Positions 53,644 through 62,042 of a DNA stretch of 62,042 nucleotides are shown piece after piece. Within the stretch, counting starts at the first letter, position 1. Each line of letters starts with the position of its first letter. The notes below the pieces were generated by a model. It searched no databases and had not been told where the DNA came from. It saw only the letters and a program-made list of their open reading frames with translations. The DNA is from Caulobacter sp. (GTDB lineage Bacteria; Pseudomonadota; Alphaproteobacteria; Caulobacterales; Caulobacteraceae): positions 1 to 62,042 of the forward strand of contig JAQGIN010000543.1 in NCBI GenBank assembly GCA_028291125.1, written 5' to 3'. The position numbers were made by a program, and so were the translations under genes.

Positions 53644-54813
53644 ATGGCCGGGTTCTGGTTGACCGAAGAGCAGGAGGCGATCCGTGAGGGCGTCGCCAAG
53701 GTCTGCGCCGCCTTCGACGACGACTACTGGCGCCGCACCGATGACACCGGCGACTTCCCCGAGGCCTTCGTGGCCGCCATCGCCGCCGGCGGCTGGCTGG
53801 GCGTGGCCATGCCGGAATCGGTGGGCGGGGCGGGCCTGGGCCTGACCGAGGCGGCGGTGATGATGCAGACCGTCGCCCAGTCGGGGGCCGGCTTCTCCGG
53901 CGCCTCGGCCATCCACCTCAACATCTTCGGGCCGATGCCGATCGTGAAGTTCGGGACCGAGGCCCAGAAGCAGGCCCATCTGCCGCGGCTGATCTCGGGC
54001 CAGGACAAGATGTGCTTCGCCGTCACCGAACCCAATTCCGGCCTCGACACCGCCAGCCTGGAGACCCGGGCCGAGCCCACCAACGACGGCTATGTGCTGA
54101 ACGGCCGCAAGATCTGGACCACCGGGGCCCAGCGGGCCAACAAGATCCTGATCATCGCCCGCACCACGCCCAAGGATCAATGCGCCAAGCCGACCGGGGG
54201 CCTGAGCCTGTTCTACACCGACCTCGATCGAGCCCATATCGACGCCAAGCCGATCCCCAAGATGGGTCGCAAGGCGGTCGAGTGTAACATGCTGTTCATC
54301 GAGGATTTGCACGTGCCGCTCGACGACCTGGTCGGCGAGGAGGGCAAGGGCTTTTCCTATCTGCTGCACGGGCTCAATCCCGAACGGGTGCTGTTCGGGG
54401 TCGAGGCCATCGGCCTGGGCCGCGCCGCCCTGGCCAAGGCCGCGACCTACGCCCAGGAGCGGGTGGTGTTCGGCCGGCCGATCGGCCAGAACCAGGGCAT
54501 TCAGCACCCGCTGGCCCGGTCGTGGGCCGAGCTGGAGGCGGCCAATCTGATGGCCTTCAAGGCCGCCGCCCTCTACGACGCCGGCCGCGACTGCGGGGCC
54601 GAGGCCAACGCCGCCAAGTATCTGGGGGCCGAGGCCGGCTTCACCGCCTGCGAGGCCAGCGTCCTGGCTCATGGCGGCATGGGCTACGCCAAGGAATACG
54701 ACGTCGAGCGCTATTTCCGCGAGGCGATGATCGCCCGCATCGCCCCGGTCAGCCGCGAGATGATCCTCAACTACATCGCCGAGCGGGTGCTGCACCTGCC
54801 CAAGAGCTACTGA
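53644..54813 (+). CDS. acyl-CoA dehydrogenase
   Basis: FAVTEPNSGLD, LNGRKIWT, ERVVFGRPIGQNQ, HGGMGYAKEYDVER. Confidence 0.95.
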   Translation: MAGFWLTEEQEAIREGVAKVCAAFDDDYWRRTDDTGDFPEAFVAAIAAGGWLGVAMPESVGGAGLGLTEAAVMMQTVAQSGAGFSGASAIHLNIFGPMPIVKFGTEAQKQAHLPRLISGQDKMCFAVTEPNSGLDTASLETRAEPTNDGYVLNGRKIWTTGAQRANKILIIARTTPKDQCAKPTGGLSLFYTDLDRAHIDAKPIPKMGRKAVECNMLFIEDLHVPLDDLVGEEGKGFSYLLHGLNPERVLFGVEAIGLGRAALAKAATYAQERVVFGRPIGQNQGIQHPLARSWAELEAANLMAFKAAALYDAGRDCGAEANAAKYLGAEAGFTACEASVLAHGGMGYAKEYDVERYFREAMIARIAPVSREMILNYIAERVLHLPKSY

Positions 54814-54834
54814 GCATCGCCCCGCGGCCCGGGC

Positions 54835-55542
54835 CTAGTCGCCGAGGCTGAACCGGATCGGGATGCGGACGCTGGCCCCGTCGACCGGCGCGCCGTTCTC
54901 GGTCTGCGGGCTCATGCGGAAATAGCGCGACAGCTTGATGGCCGCGGCGCCAAAGCCCTCGCCGACCGGCGACTCGTCGACCACCGCGCAGTCGCGCACC
55001 GCGCCATTGGCCGCCACCTGGCAGCTGAGGGTGGCGCCGCCGGCGACATTGCGGCGCGCGGCGCCCTCCGGATAGGAACGCGCCATGTCCGAGGCGTTCG
55101 GCTTGCGCAGCCAGGTCGGTCGGCTGATCACCTTGGCGACCGGCCCGGGGTCGGCGGCCGGCTGCGGCGGAACCGGGTCGAGGGTCACCGGGCCGGGCTG
55201 GGCGGGGCCGACGGCGATCGGTTGCGGCGACAGCGGCAGGGTCTCGATCGGGGTGAGCGGGCTGGGCGCGGGAACGTGCAGCGGGATCGGATTGGCGCGC
55301 GCCACGGGCTTGGAAGGCGCGGGATCCTGGTCCAGCCTGTAGATGGGCGCGCTGAGCACCGGGTCGTCGATCCGGGCGGGCGCGGCCAGGGTGATCGACT
55401 TCTGATAGGCCAGATAGGCGCCGGCCCCGAGATGGGCGATCAGCGACACGGCGAACGCCACCCAGACGGCGCGGGGCAGGGGACGAGGGCGATCGTCCAG
55501 GCCGGGGATGTAGGAGCCGACAGCGGAGCGTTGGATGACCAT
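54835..55542 (-). CDS. second TonB-family protein
   Basis: TM anchor, Pro-rich linker, YPEGA...C..C C-terminal domain. Confidence 0.88.
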   Translation of the reverse strand: MVIQRSAVGSYIPGLDDRPRPLPRAVWVAFAVSLIAHLGAGAYLAYQKSITLAAPARIDDPVLSAPIYRLDQDPAPSKPVARANPIPLHVPAPSPLTPIETLPLSPQPIAVGPAQPGPVTLDPVPPQPAADPGPVAKVISRPTWLRKPNASDMARSYPEGAARRNVAGGATLSCQVAANGAVRDCAVVDESPVGEGFGAAAIKLSRYFRMSPQTENGAPVDGASVRIPIRFSLGD

Positions 55543-55673
55543 GAGCGACCTCCCTGGGGTCTTGTTCTTCGACGACGAAGCGTCTCACAATTGTAATTTA
55601 TTGTAAATCACGGTCGTAAATCGACTGCCTCGAAATATTGGCGGGTGCGGCATGGTCGCCGCGTTAATCGAGA

Positions 55674-55689
55674 TTAAGGCGGCGTTAAC
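55674..55689 (+). promoter_or_regulatory. CtrA binding site TTAA-N7-TTAAC
   Basis: TTAAggcggcgTTAAC plus another TTAA at 55664. Confidence 0.8.
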
Positions 55690-55711
55690 CATGATCCGTC
55701 AGGCATGGGTC

Positions 55712-56557
55712 ATGGCCGTGCAATCCATCCGCAATGTCGTCGAATCGGCGATCCAACGGGCGTCGAACGCCACCGGCGTGGATTTCAGCTTCCTGATGGG
55801 CGCCGCCAAGCGCGAGAGCGGCTACAACCCCGGCGCCAAAGCCAAGACCTCCTCGGCCGGCGGCCTGTTCCAGTTCGTCGACCAGACTTGGCTGGCCACC
55901 CTCAAGAAGCACGGCTCGAAATACGGCTACGCCCGCTACGCCGACCTGATCACCCAGGGGAGCGACGGTCGCTACCGGGTGGCGGGCGACGAGGCGCGCA
56001 AGACGGTGCTGGGCCTCAAGCTCGACCCGCACGCCGCCTCCTTGATGGCCGGCGAGCTGACCTCCGACCACGCCTCCTATCTGCGCGGCCGGGTCGGGCG
56101 CTCGCCGACGGCCGGCGAGCTCTACGCCGCCCACTTCCTGGGGCCACAGGGCTCGGCCAAGCTGATCGAGGCGGCCGACCGGGCCCCCGGGGCCAGCGCC
56201 GCCGCCCTGTTTCCCGAGGCCGCCCAGGCCAACCGCTCGATCTTCTATCGCCAGGGCCGCGCCGCGACCGTAGGCGAGGTCTACGCCAACCTGACCAACA
56301 CTGGCGGCGCCGTGGCGATGCCGGCCGACGTTCCGGCCGCCGGCCCGGCCGCCGACCAGGGCTTCGTGCAATATGCCTCCAGCCGGCGGGCCGAGCACCT
56401 GCGCCAGCAGGAGGCCATCGTCGACCTGATCCTGCGCGGGCCCCAGGGCCTGGACAGCGGCCTCTCCAGCTCGACCTCGCGCCTGACCGGCTCGCTGTTC
56501 TCGTCCGAGATGCTGCAGGCCCTGTCTCAGGCCACCAGCGACAAGCTCAACCGCTAG
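55712..56557 (+). CDS. pleA: SLT-domain lytic transglycosylase, PleA-like
   Basis: AKRESGYNP, SSA.GLFQF...TWL, LYAAHFLG; CtrA box upstream; symbol from recalled Caulobacter synteny. Confidence 0.75.
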   Translation: MAVQSIRNVVESAIQRASNATGVDFSFLMGAAKRESGYNPGAKAKTSSAGGLFQFVDQTWLATLKKHGSKYGYARYADLITQGSDGRYRVAGDEARKTVLGLKLDPHAASLMAGELTSDHASYLRGRVGRSPTAGELYAAHFLGPQGSAKLIEAADRAPGASAAALFPEAAQANRSIFYRQGRAATVGEVYANLTNTGGAVAMPADVPAAGPAADQGFVQYASSRRAEHLRQQEAIVDLILRGPQGLDSGLSSSTSRLTGSLFSSEMLQALSQATSDKLNR

Positions 56558-57743
56558 GCTCGGCCGCCCCGGCCATCGCCGCGATCGCCGCCTCGCCATA
56601 ACCCAGCTCCCGCAGCACCGCGGCCGTATGCTCGCCCAGGCGCGGCGCCGGCCCGCGCGGACCGTCCTGGGCCCCGGGAAAGCGGGCCGGGGCGGCGGGA
56701 GCGCGGAACGACCCGCCGTGACCGTCCGGGGTGTCGACGAAGCAGCCTGCGGCCTGAGCCTGCGGGTCCTCCACCAGCTCGCGCGGCGTCTGATACGGGG
56801 CCCAGGTCAGGTCGCCGGCGTCCAGGGCCGCCGCTGCTTCCGGGTAGTCCATGGCCCCGAATGCCGCGTCGAGCAGGTCGATCAGGGCCGGAGCGTTTTC
56901 GCGCCGGGCCTTGGCGCTGGCGAAGCGCGAATCCTCGACCCAGTCGGGCCGTCCGGCCGCGGCGGCGATGCGCGGCCAGTCGGCCCCGCCCTGGCGCGGC
57001 AGCAGGCAGATCCAGCGGCCGTCGCGGGTCTTGAAGAAGTTGGCCAGGGGCTGGGTCGCCTCGCGCCGGCCGCGAGTCGAGGCCAGCCGGCCCAGCCGCA
57101 GCTGGATCGCCATGTCCGAGCCGATGGCGTAGACCCCGGCCCGCAGCAGCGAGGTCTCGACCAGCCGCCCGACCCCGGTGCGCTGGCGCTCGTGCACCGC
57201 CGCCAGGATCGCCGCCACCGTCGCCAGCGAGGTGACGTGGTCGCCCATGCCGGTGCGGATCGGGAACGGCTCGGCCCCCTTCGGCGCGGTGATCGACCCG
57301 ACCCCGGCCCGCGACCAGAAGGCCGCCACGTCCATGCCGGCCCGATCGGCGTCGAGCCCTTGCAGGCCGTAGCCGGTGAGGCTGCAATAGATCAGCCGCG
57401 GATGGGCGGCCGTCAGGGTTTCAGGATCGAGGCCGGCGCGGGCCAGGGCCCCGGGGCGGACATTGGTCAGGAAGATGTCGGCGGTGGCCGCCAGCCGCTC
57501 GGCCGCCTCGCGCCCGGCCGGGGTGCGGATGTCCAGCACCACCGAACGCTTGCCGCGGTTGTCGAGTTCGAAGATCGGGTTGGCGTCCTGTTGCGAGCCG
57601 ATGGTTTCGAAGAACCGGCGCATCGGGTCGCCGTCGGGGGCCTCGATCTTGATCACCTCGGCCCCCCAGTCGGCCATGATCCCGCCGGCCCCCGGCGCGG
57701 CGATATAGGTGGCCAGTTCGACCACGCGCAGGCCCTGCAGCAT
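56547..57743 (-). CDS. CaiB/BaiF family CoA transferase
   Basis: LQGLRVVELA..IAAP, GAEVIKIE.P.GDP.R, NRGKRS, APRLGEHT. Confidence 0.93.
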   Translation of the reverse strand: MLQGLRVVELATYIAAPGAGGIMADWGAEVIKIEAPDGDPMRRFFETIGSQQDANPIFELDNRGKRSVVLDIRTPAGREAAERLAATADIFLTNVRPGALARAGLDPETLTAAHPRLIYCSLTGYGLQGLDADRAGMDVAAFWSRAGVGSITAPKGAEPFPIRTGMGDHVTSLATVAAILAAVHERQRTGVGRLVETSLLRAGVYAIGSDMAIQLRLGRLASTRGRREATQPLANFFKTRDGRWICLLPRQGGADWPRIAAAAGRPDWVEDSRFASAKARRENAPALIDLLDAAFGAMDYPEAAAALDAGDLTWAPYQTPRELVEDPQAQAAGCFVDTPDGHGGSFRAPAAPARFPGAQDGPRGPAPRLGEHTAAVLRELGYGEAAIAAMAGAAEPSG

Positions 57744-57808
57744 CGATCCCTCCCGCGAACACTTGTTTTGCGGGCAGTGTGCGGACCGTTGGGACGGTTG
57801 GGAAGGGT

Positions 57809-59602
57809 CTAGGCGGCGGCGATGCGGGACACGGCGCGGTCGACCGCCGCGGCGTCGGCCACCGCCCGGGCCACGCCGGCCACGCTAACCGGCTTGCGCA
57901 GCACCGCGTCGACGCCGGCGTCGAGGCATTCGCGGGCCTCGTCGGCGTCGCCGCCGATCACCGCGATGATCGGGATGTGCTGATTGGGGCCGTCGAGCCG
58001 GCGGATGGCGGCGGCGGTCTGCGGGCCGTCGAGCACCGGCATGCGGCCGTCGACCATCAGCAGATCGAAGTCGCAGATGCTCGCCAGGTCCAGGGCCCGC
58101 TGGCCGTTCTGGGCGTGGACCACCTGGTGGCCCAGCTGTTCGAGGATGGCCCGCAACATGGCGGCGTTGAGGGCGTCGTCCTCGGCCACCAGCACCCGCA
58201 GGCTGCGTTGCGCGCCGGGCGCCTCGCTGGCGGCGGCCTCCTCCTCGGCGCTGGCGGCGCAGACGGCGGCGACGTCATAGGGCAGGACCAGGGTGAAGCA
58301 GCTGCCGATGCCGACGGCGCTGCTGGCCTCGAGCGTGCCGCCCATCAGCCGCGCCAGTTGGCGCGACAGCGACAAGCCCAGGCCCGCGCCGTTGATCCCG
58401 GCCCCGGTGCGCTCGATGCGGCGGAACGGTTCGAAGGCGTGGACCAGTTCGTCGGTGGACAGCCCCGGCCCGGTGTCGGCGATCTCGATCGCCACCCGGT
58501 CGTCGTGCTGCTCCAGCCGCACCTCGATGCGGCCGCGCACCGTGTATTTGACGGCGTTGCCGACCAGGTTGCCGATGATCTGGCGGGCCCGCATGGCGTC
58601 GGCCACCACCGCCCCGACCGCCCGATGCTCCAGCGCCGCGTCGACATGGACGGTCAGTTCCAGGCTCTTGGCCATGGCGTGGGGATGTTCGAGCAGAACC
58701 AGGTCGCGGACCAGGCGCACCGGATCGAACGGCTGGACCTCGACGGTCAGGCGGCCGGCCTCGGCGGTCTCGGAATCGAGGGTGGCGTTGAGCACGGCGA
58801 TCAGGTCGTGAGCGGCGTCGAGGGCGGCGTTGAGCTGCTCGCGCGACGGGGCGGCGCGGCCGCCCTTGCCCGCGGCGGCGGCCAGGACGTGGGTGACGCC
58901 GGCCAGGCCGTTGCGGATCTCGTGCGACAGGGTGGCGACGATGTCGGACTTGGAGCGGGCGGCCCGCTCGGCGGTGTCCAGCATCCGCAGCCGCTCCTCG
59001 ACCAGATCCTCGTGCGCCTCGGCCAGGGCGTGCTGGCGGCGCAGGGTGCGGTTGAGGATCAAGGCCAGGGCCATGGTCAGGGCCGTGGCTCCGCAGGCCA
59101 TCACCCCGACATGGCGGCTTTCCGGCCGTGAGAACAGGGCGACCAGCGGCCCGGTCACCGCCACCGGGGTGATGATCAGCAGGGCGGGCAGGGACGGCGA
59201 GGCGAAGAACACGCACAGGGCGGCCGCCGCCACCGACAGCAGCAGCAGGGTTTCGCGGGCCAGGCCGGCGTTGTTGGCCATGGCCGCCATCTGCGCCACG
59301 GCCATCGCCCACAGCAGGCCGCCGAGGATATGCACCCGCATCCGCCGGGCCGGGTCGTGGGCCTGGGGGCCGCGCAGCCAATTGACCACGGCGTAGAAGG
59401 CGCCCCAGTTGATCGAGAAGATGGCGAAGGTCGCCCCCATCCAGCGGGCGTTATCGGCGAACGAGCCGGCCCAGACATAGATCGGCAGGATGACGGCGAA
59501 CACCACCAGGGCGTACGGCAGCAGGGCGACCTGGGCGTCCAGATCGCGGAAGACGTTCGCGGCGCGCGTCGGGGACGGGTCGGGTCGGCGCTCGGCGAAC
59601 AA
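57809..59602 (-). CDS. membrane hybrid sensor histidine kinase/response regulator
   Basis: SHEIRN H-box, NAVKYT, DTGPG, GAGLGL, REC domain AEDD...D..MPVLDG...KP. Confidence 0.93.
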   Translation of the reverse strand: MFAERRPDPSPTRAANVFRDLDAQVALLPYALVVFAVILPIYVWAGSFADNARWMGATFAIFSINWGAFYAVVNWLRGPQAHDPARRMRVHILGGLLWAMAVAQMAAMANNAGLARETLLLLSVAAAALCVFFASPSLPALLIITPVAVTGPLVALFSRPESRHVGVMACGATALTMALALILNRTLRRQHALAEAHEDLVEERLRMLDTAERAARSKSDIVATLSHEIRNGLAGVTHVLAAAAGKGGRAAPSREQLNAALDAAHDLIAVLNATLDSETAEAGRLTVEVQPFDPVRLVRDLVLLEHPHAMAKSLELTVHVDAALEHRAVGAVVADAMRARQIIGNLVGNAVKYTVRGRIEVRLEQHDDRVAIEIADTGPGLSTDELVHAFEPFRRIERTGAGINGAGLGLSLSRQLARLMGGTLEASSAVGIGSCFTLVLPYDVAAVCAASAEEEAAASEAPGAQRSLRVLVAEDDALNAAMLRAILEQLGHQVVHAQNGQRALDLASICDFDLLMVDGRMPVLDGPQTAAAIRRLDGPNQHIPIIAVIGGDADEARECLDAGVDAVLRKPVSVAGVARAVADAAAVDRAVSRIAAA

Positions 59603-59779
59603 TGTGCGGCATTCCTTGCTGACGAGCCGGGACGGTAGGCGTTCATCGTTTTCGCCGGGTTACGGCTTGTCGTTAACGGGGCGGCTTTGTGTCGCGGTTC
59701 GAGGGGCGCGGAACGGAAACGAATCTTAAACCTCGTTGGTCATGATGGTCGCTCGACGCCGATCCTCCGGGGGGGAGCC

Positions 59780-60913
59780 ATGGCCACCACACGCGCCGCC
59801 TTGACCGACACCGACATCCGCATGCTGGTGAAGGGCGCCACGCCGGATGAGCGGGCCCTGGCCGCGCACAAGCTCTGCCGCGTGATCGACAAGGCCGAGC
59901 TGTCCGACGACGACCGCGACCTGGCCCAAGAAATCCTGCGGGTGATGGCCGGCGACGCCGCCGAGCTGGTGCGCCGCGCCGTGGCGGTGACGCTGAAGAA
60001 CTCGCCGTCCCTGCCGGTCGACCTGGCCAACCGCCTGGCCCGCGACGTCGAAAGCGTCTGCCTGCCGGTGATCAGCTTCTCGCCGGCCTTCGGCGACGAC
60101 GACCTGGCCGAGATCGTCCGCCTGGGCGGGCCGGTGCGGCAACTGGCCGTCGCCAAGCGCCTGAAGCTGTCGACCAAGGTCACCGCCGCCCTGGTCGACC
60201 AGGGCGACGAGGCCGCCGTCGCCAGCGCCTGCGCCAACGACAACGCCCGCTTCTCCGAAGGGGCCCTGCAACGGGCCCTGGACCGTTTCGCCAAGTCCGA
60301 GAAGGTGCTGACGGCGGTGACCTACCGCTCGGTGCTGCCGCTGGCGGTGACCGAACGGCTGATCGACCTGGTCGGCGACCAGCTGCGCGACTACATCCTC
60401 GACCATCACAGCCTGTCGGCCGAACGGGCGCTGGAGATCATCACCGGCGTCCACGAGCGGGCGACGATCGACCTGGTCGACCAGGCCGGCCGCACCGCCG
60501 ACGCCAAGGGCTTCGCCGCCCATCTGCGCAGCGTCGAGCGGCTGACGCCGTCGCTGCTGCTGCGGGCCCTGGCCCATGGCCACATGACCTTCTTCGAATG
60601 GGGCGTGGCCGAGCTGGCCGGCGTGCCGCACCACCGCACCTGGCTGATGATCCACGACGCCGGGCCGCTGGGCCTGAGCGCCATCTGCGAACGGGCCGGC
60701 CTGCCGCCACGGCTGTTCCCGGCCTTCCGGGCCGGGGTCGACGCCTTCCACGCCATGGAGTTCGACGGCCGCCCCGGCGACCGCGAACGCTTTCAGGAGC
60801 ACATGATCCAGCGCTTCCTGACCTCGCAGCCGCCGACCCCGCGCGGCGACGCCGAATATCTGCTGGAGCGGATCGACCGCCTGGGCCAGGGCGCGGAAGT
60901 CGCCGTCGGCTGA
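59780..60913 (+). CDS. spbR: DUF2336 domain protein (SpbR-like)
   Basis: VRRAVAVTLK.SP.LP...LARD.E.V.LP, L.PSLLLRAL..G...FFE; symbol from recalled synteny. Confidence 0.7.
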   Translation: MATTRAALTDTDIRMLVKGATPDERALAAHKLCRVIDKAELSDDDRDLAQEILRVMAGDAAELVRRAVAVTLKNSPSLPVDLANRLARDVESVCLPVISFSPAFGDDDLAEIVRLGGPVRQLAVAKRLKLSTKVTAALVDQGDEAAVASACANDNARFSEGALQRALDRFAKSEKVLTAVTYRSVLPLAVTERLIDLVGDQLRDYILDHHSLSAERALEIITGVHERATIDLVDQAGRTADAKGFAAHLRSVERLTPSLLLRALAHGHMTFFEWGVAELAGVPHHRTWLMIHDAGPLGLSAICERAGLPPRLFPAFRAGVDAFHAMEFDGRPGDRERFQEHMIQRFLTSQPPTPRGDAEYLLERIDRLGQGAEVAVG

Positions 60914-60970
60914 CGAACGGGCGTTCGAAAAGGCTTGTGCGGACTCGCCTTCGTCCGCCAAGCTCGCGGA

Positions 60971-61750
60971 ATGTCGGAGTTTTCCACCCTCGGGATCCGG
61001 CCGGCGGCCACGGTGCTGCTGGTGCGCGACGCGCCGGCCTTCGAGGTGCTGATGGTCAAGCGCCATCACCAGATCGACTTCGCGGCCGGGGCCCTGGTGT
61101 TTCCCGGCGGCAAGACCGCCGCCGACGATCACGACCCGCTGTGGGCCGACCTGGCCACCGGCTGGGAGGCGGTCGGCGCGGACGGCGCGGCGCTGCGCAT
61201 CGCCGCCATCCGCGAGGCCTATGAGGAGGCCGGCGTGCTGCTGGCTCGCGACGCCCGCGGCGAACACTATGTCGGCGAGGCGGCCGCCGATATCCGCGCC
61301 GCGGTCGAGCAGGGGGCCGTGCGGTTCATCGACGTGGTCGCGCGGCTGGGCCTGCGCCTGGACCTGGCGGCCCTGACCCTGTTCGCCCGCTGGATCACCC
61401 CGGCCCTGATGACCAAGCGCTTCGACACCTGGTTCTATGTCGCTCACGCGCCGCGGGCCCAGCAGGCGATCTGCGACGGCCGCGAGGCGGTCGACGCCGA
61501 ATGGATCGCCCCGGGCGCGGCCCTGGCGATGGCGGCGTCGGGCGAGCGCAAGGTGATCTTCCCCACCCGCATGAACCTGCAGTTGCTGGCCGAGAGCGGC
61601 TCTCCCGACGACGCCGTCGCCCGGGCCCGGGGGCGCGCCTTGGTGACGGTCGAGCCGTGGATCGAACGGCGTCCGGCCGGCGACGTGCTGGTGATCCCGC
61701 CGGACGCCGGCTACGGCGCGGTCGAGGCGCCGCTGTCGGCTTTGACCTGA
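60971..61750 (+). CDS. NUDIX hydrolase
   Basis: RPAATVLL.RD, VFPGG, AAIREAYEEAG, RWITP...KRFDT. Confidence 0.9.
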   Translation: MSEFSTLGIRPAATVLLVRDAPAFEVLMVKRHHQIDFAAGALVFPGGKTAADDHDPLWADLATGWEAVGADGAALRIAAIREAYEEAGVLLARDARGEHYVGEAAADIRAAVEQGAVRFIDVVARLGLRLDLAALTLFARWITPALMTKRFDTWFYVAHAPRAQQAICDGREAVDAEWIAPGAALAMAASGERKVIFPTRMNLQLLAESGSPDDAVARARGRALVTVEPWIERRPAGDVLVIPPDAGYGAVEAPLSALT

Positions 61751-61759
61751 GCACTGGCC

Positions 61760-61870
61760 CCTTCCGGGCCCGCGCCCCTCCTCTCCCAGAGGGAGGCTTT
61801 CCGAGTCGCCCCCAAGCTCCACGGCCTTTGGGGCCGGACGACCCGGAAGCGGTCCGGTGGGGGCAAGTCG
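61760..61870. repeat. possible Caulobacter-type palindromic intergenic repeat
   Basis: CTCCCagaGGGAG and CCGGA..TCCGG-TGGGGG hairpins with a GAGTC site. Confidence 0.35.
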
Positions 61871-61918
61871 CACAAAGGGTCCGTTGTTGGACTGGACGAC
61901 ACCTTGTAGATTGGCCCC

Positions 61919-62042
61919 ATGGCGCTCAAACGGATGGACAACGTAGGAATCGTCGTCGACGACCTCGAAGGGGCGATTGATTTCTTTCGCGAGCTCGGCC
62001 TCGAGCTCGAAGGGCGGGGCACCATCGACGGAGAATGGGCCG
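61919..62042 (+). CDS. VOC/glyoxalase family protein (truncated by window end)
   Basis: MALKRMDNVGIVVDDLE.AIDFFRELGLELEG. Confidence 0.85.
   Translation, partial: MALKRMDNVGIVVDDLEGAIDFFRELGLELEGRGTIDGEWA

Noticed and set aside
60914-60927. CGAAC-GGGC-GTTCG in host flank
   Set aside because: 4-bp spacer and no outer G/C pair; does not match the prophage motif, likely a simple hairpin

Overview
High-GC alphaproteobacterial chromosome segment, Caulobacter-like by gene content and order. Host genes occupy 1-4.5 kb (hisD, UPF0262, LMW phosphatase, infA, maf, RNase E/G-family, yacG) and 48.7-62 kb (exbB-exbD-tonB, tRNA-His, XRE regulator, FAD oxidoreductase, acyl-CoA dehydrogenase, second TonB, pleA-like transglycosylase, CoA transferase, hybrid kinase, DUF2336/SpbR-like, NUDIX, VOC). 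Between them is an apparently complete ~44-kb siphovirus-type prophage integrated in tRNA-Phe, bounded by a 47-bp attL/attR direct repeat (4530-4576 and 48651-48697). The strongest unexplained signal is a 15-bp palindrome, GCGAAC-(C)N(G)-GTTCGC. Reading by eye, I found it 11 times across the prophage (every ~1-8.5 kb, in different reading frames and in intergenic DNA) and not at all in the ~18 kb of host flank. The prophage encodes an orphan ParB/CTPase-fold protein (no ParA), closely coupled to a DEDD exonuclease and an ARC/Mpa-like AAA+ ATPase. This suggests a KorB-like, genome-wide ParB/dispersed-site system, which is inference only. Other notable items: a peptidase-less CI with clear operators plus a LexA-boxed candidate antirepressor near attR, a C12 tract fusing the AAA ATPase to the next ORF, GcrA-like and host-type DnaG genes, a NusG-paralog late antiterminator, and an SGNH-esterase tailspike facing an O-acyltransferase moron. 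All calls come from motif recognition by eye; no database searches were run.
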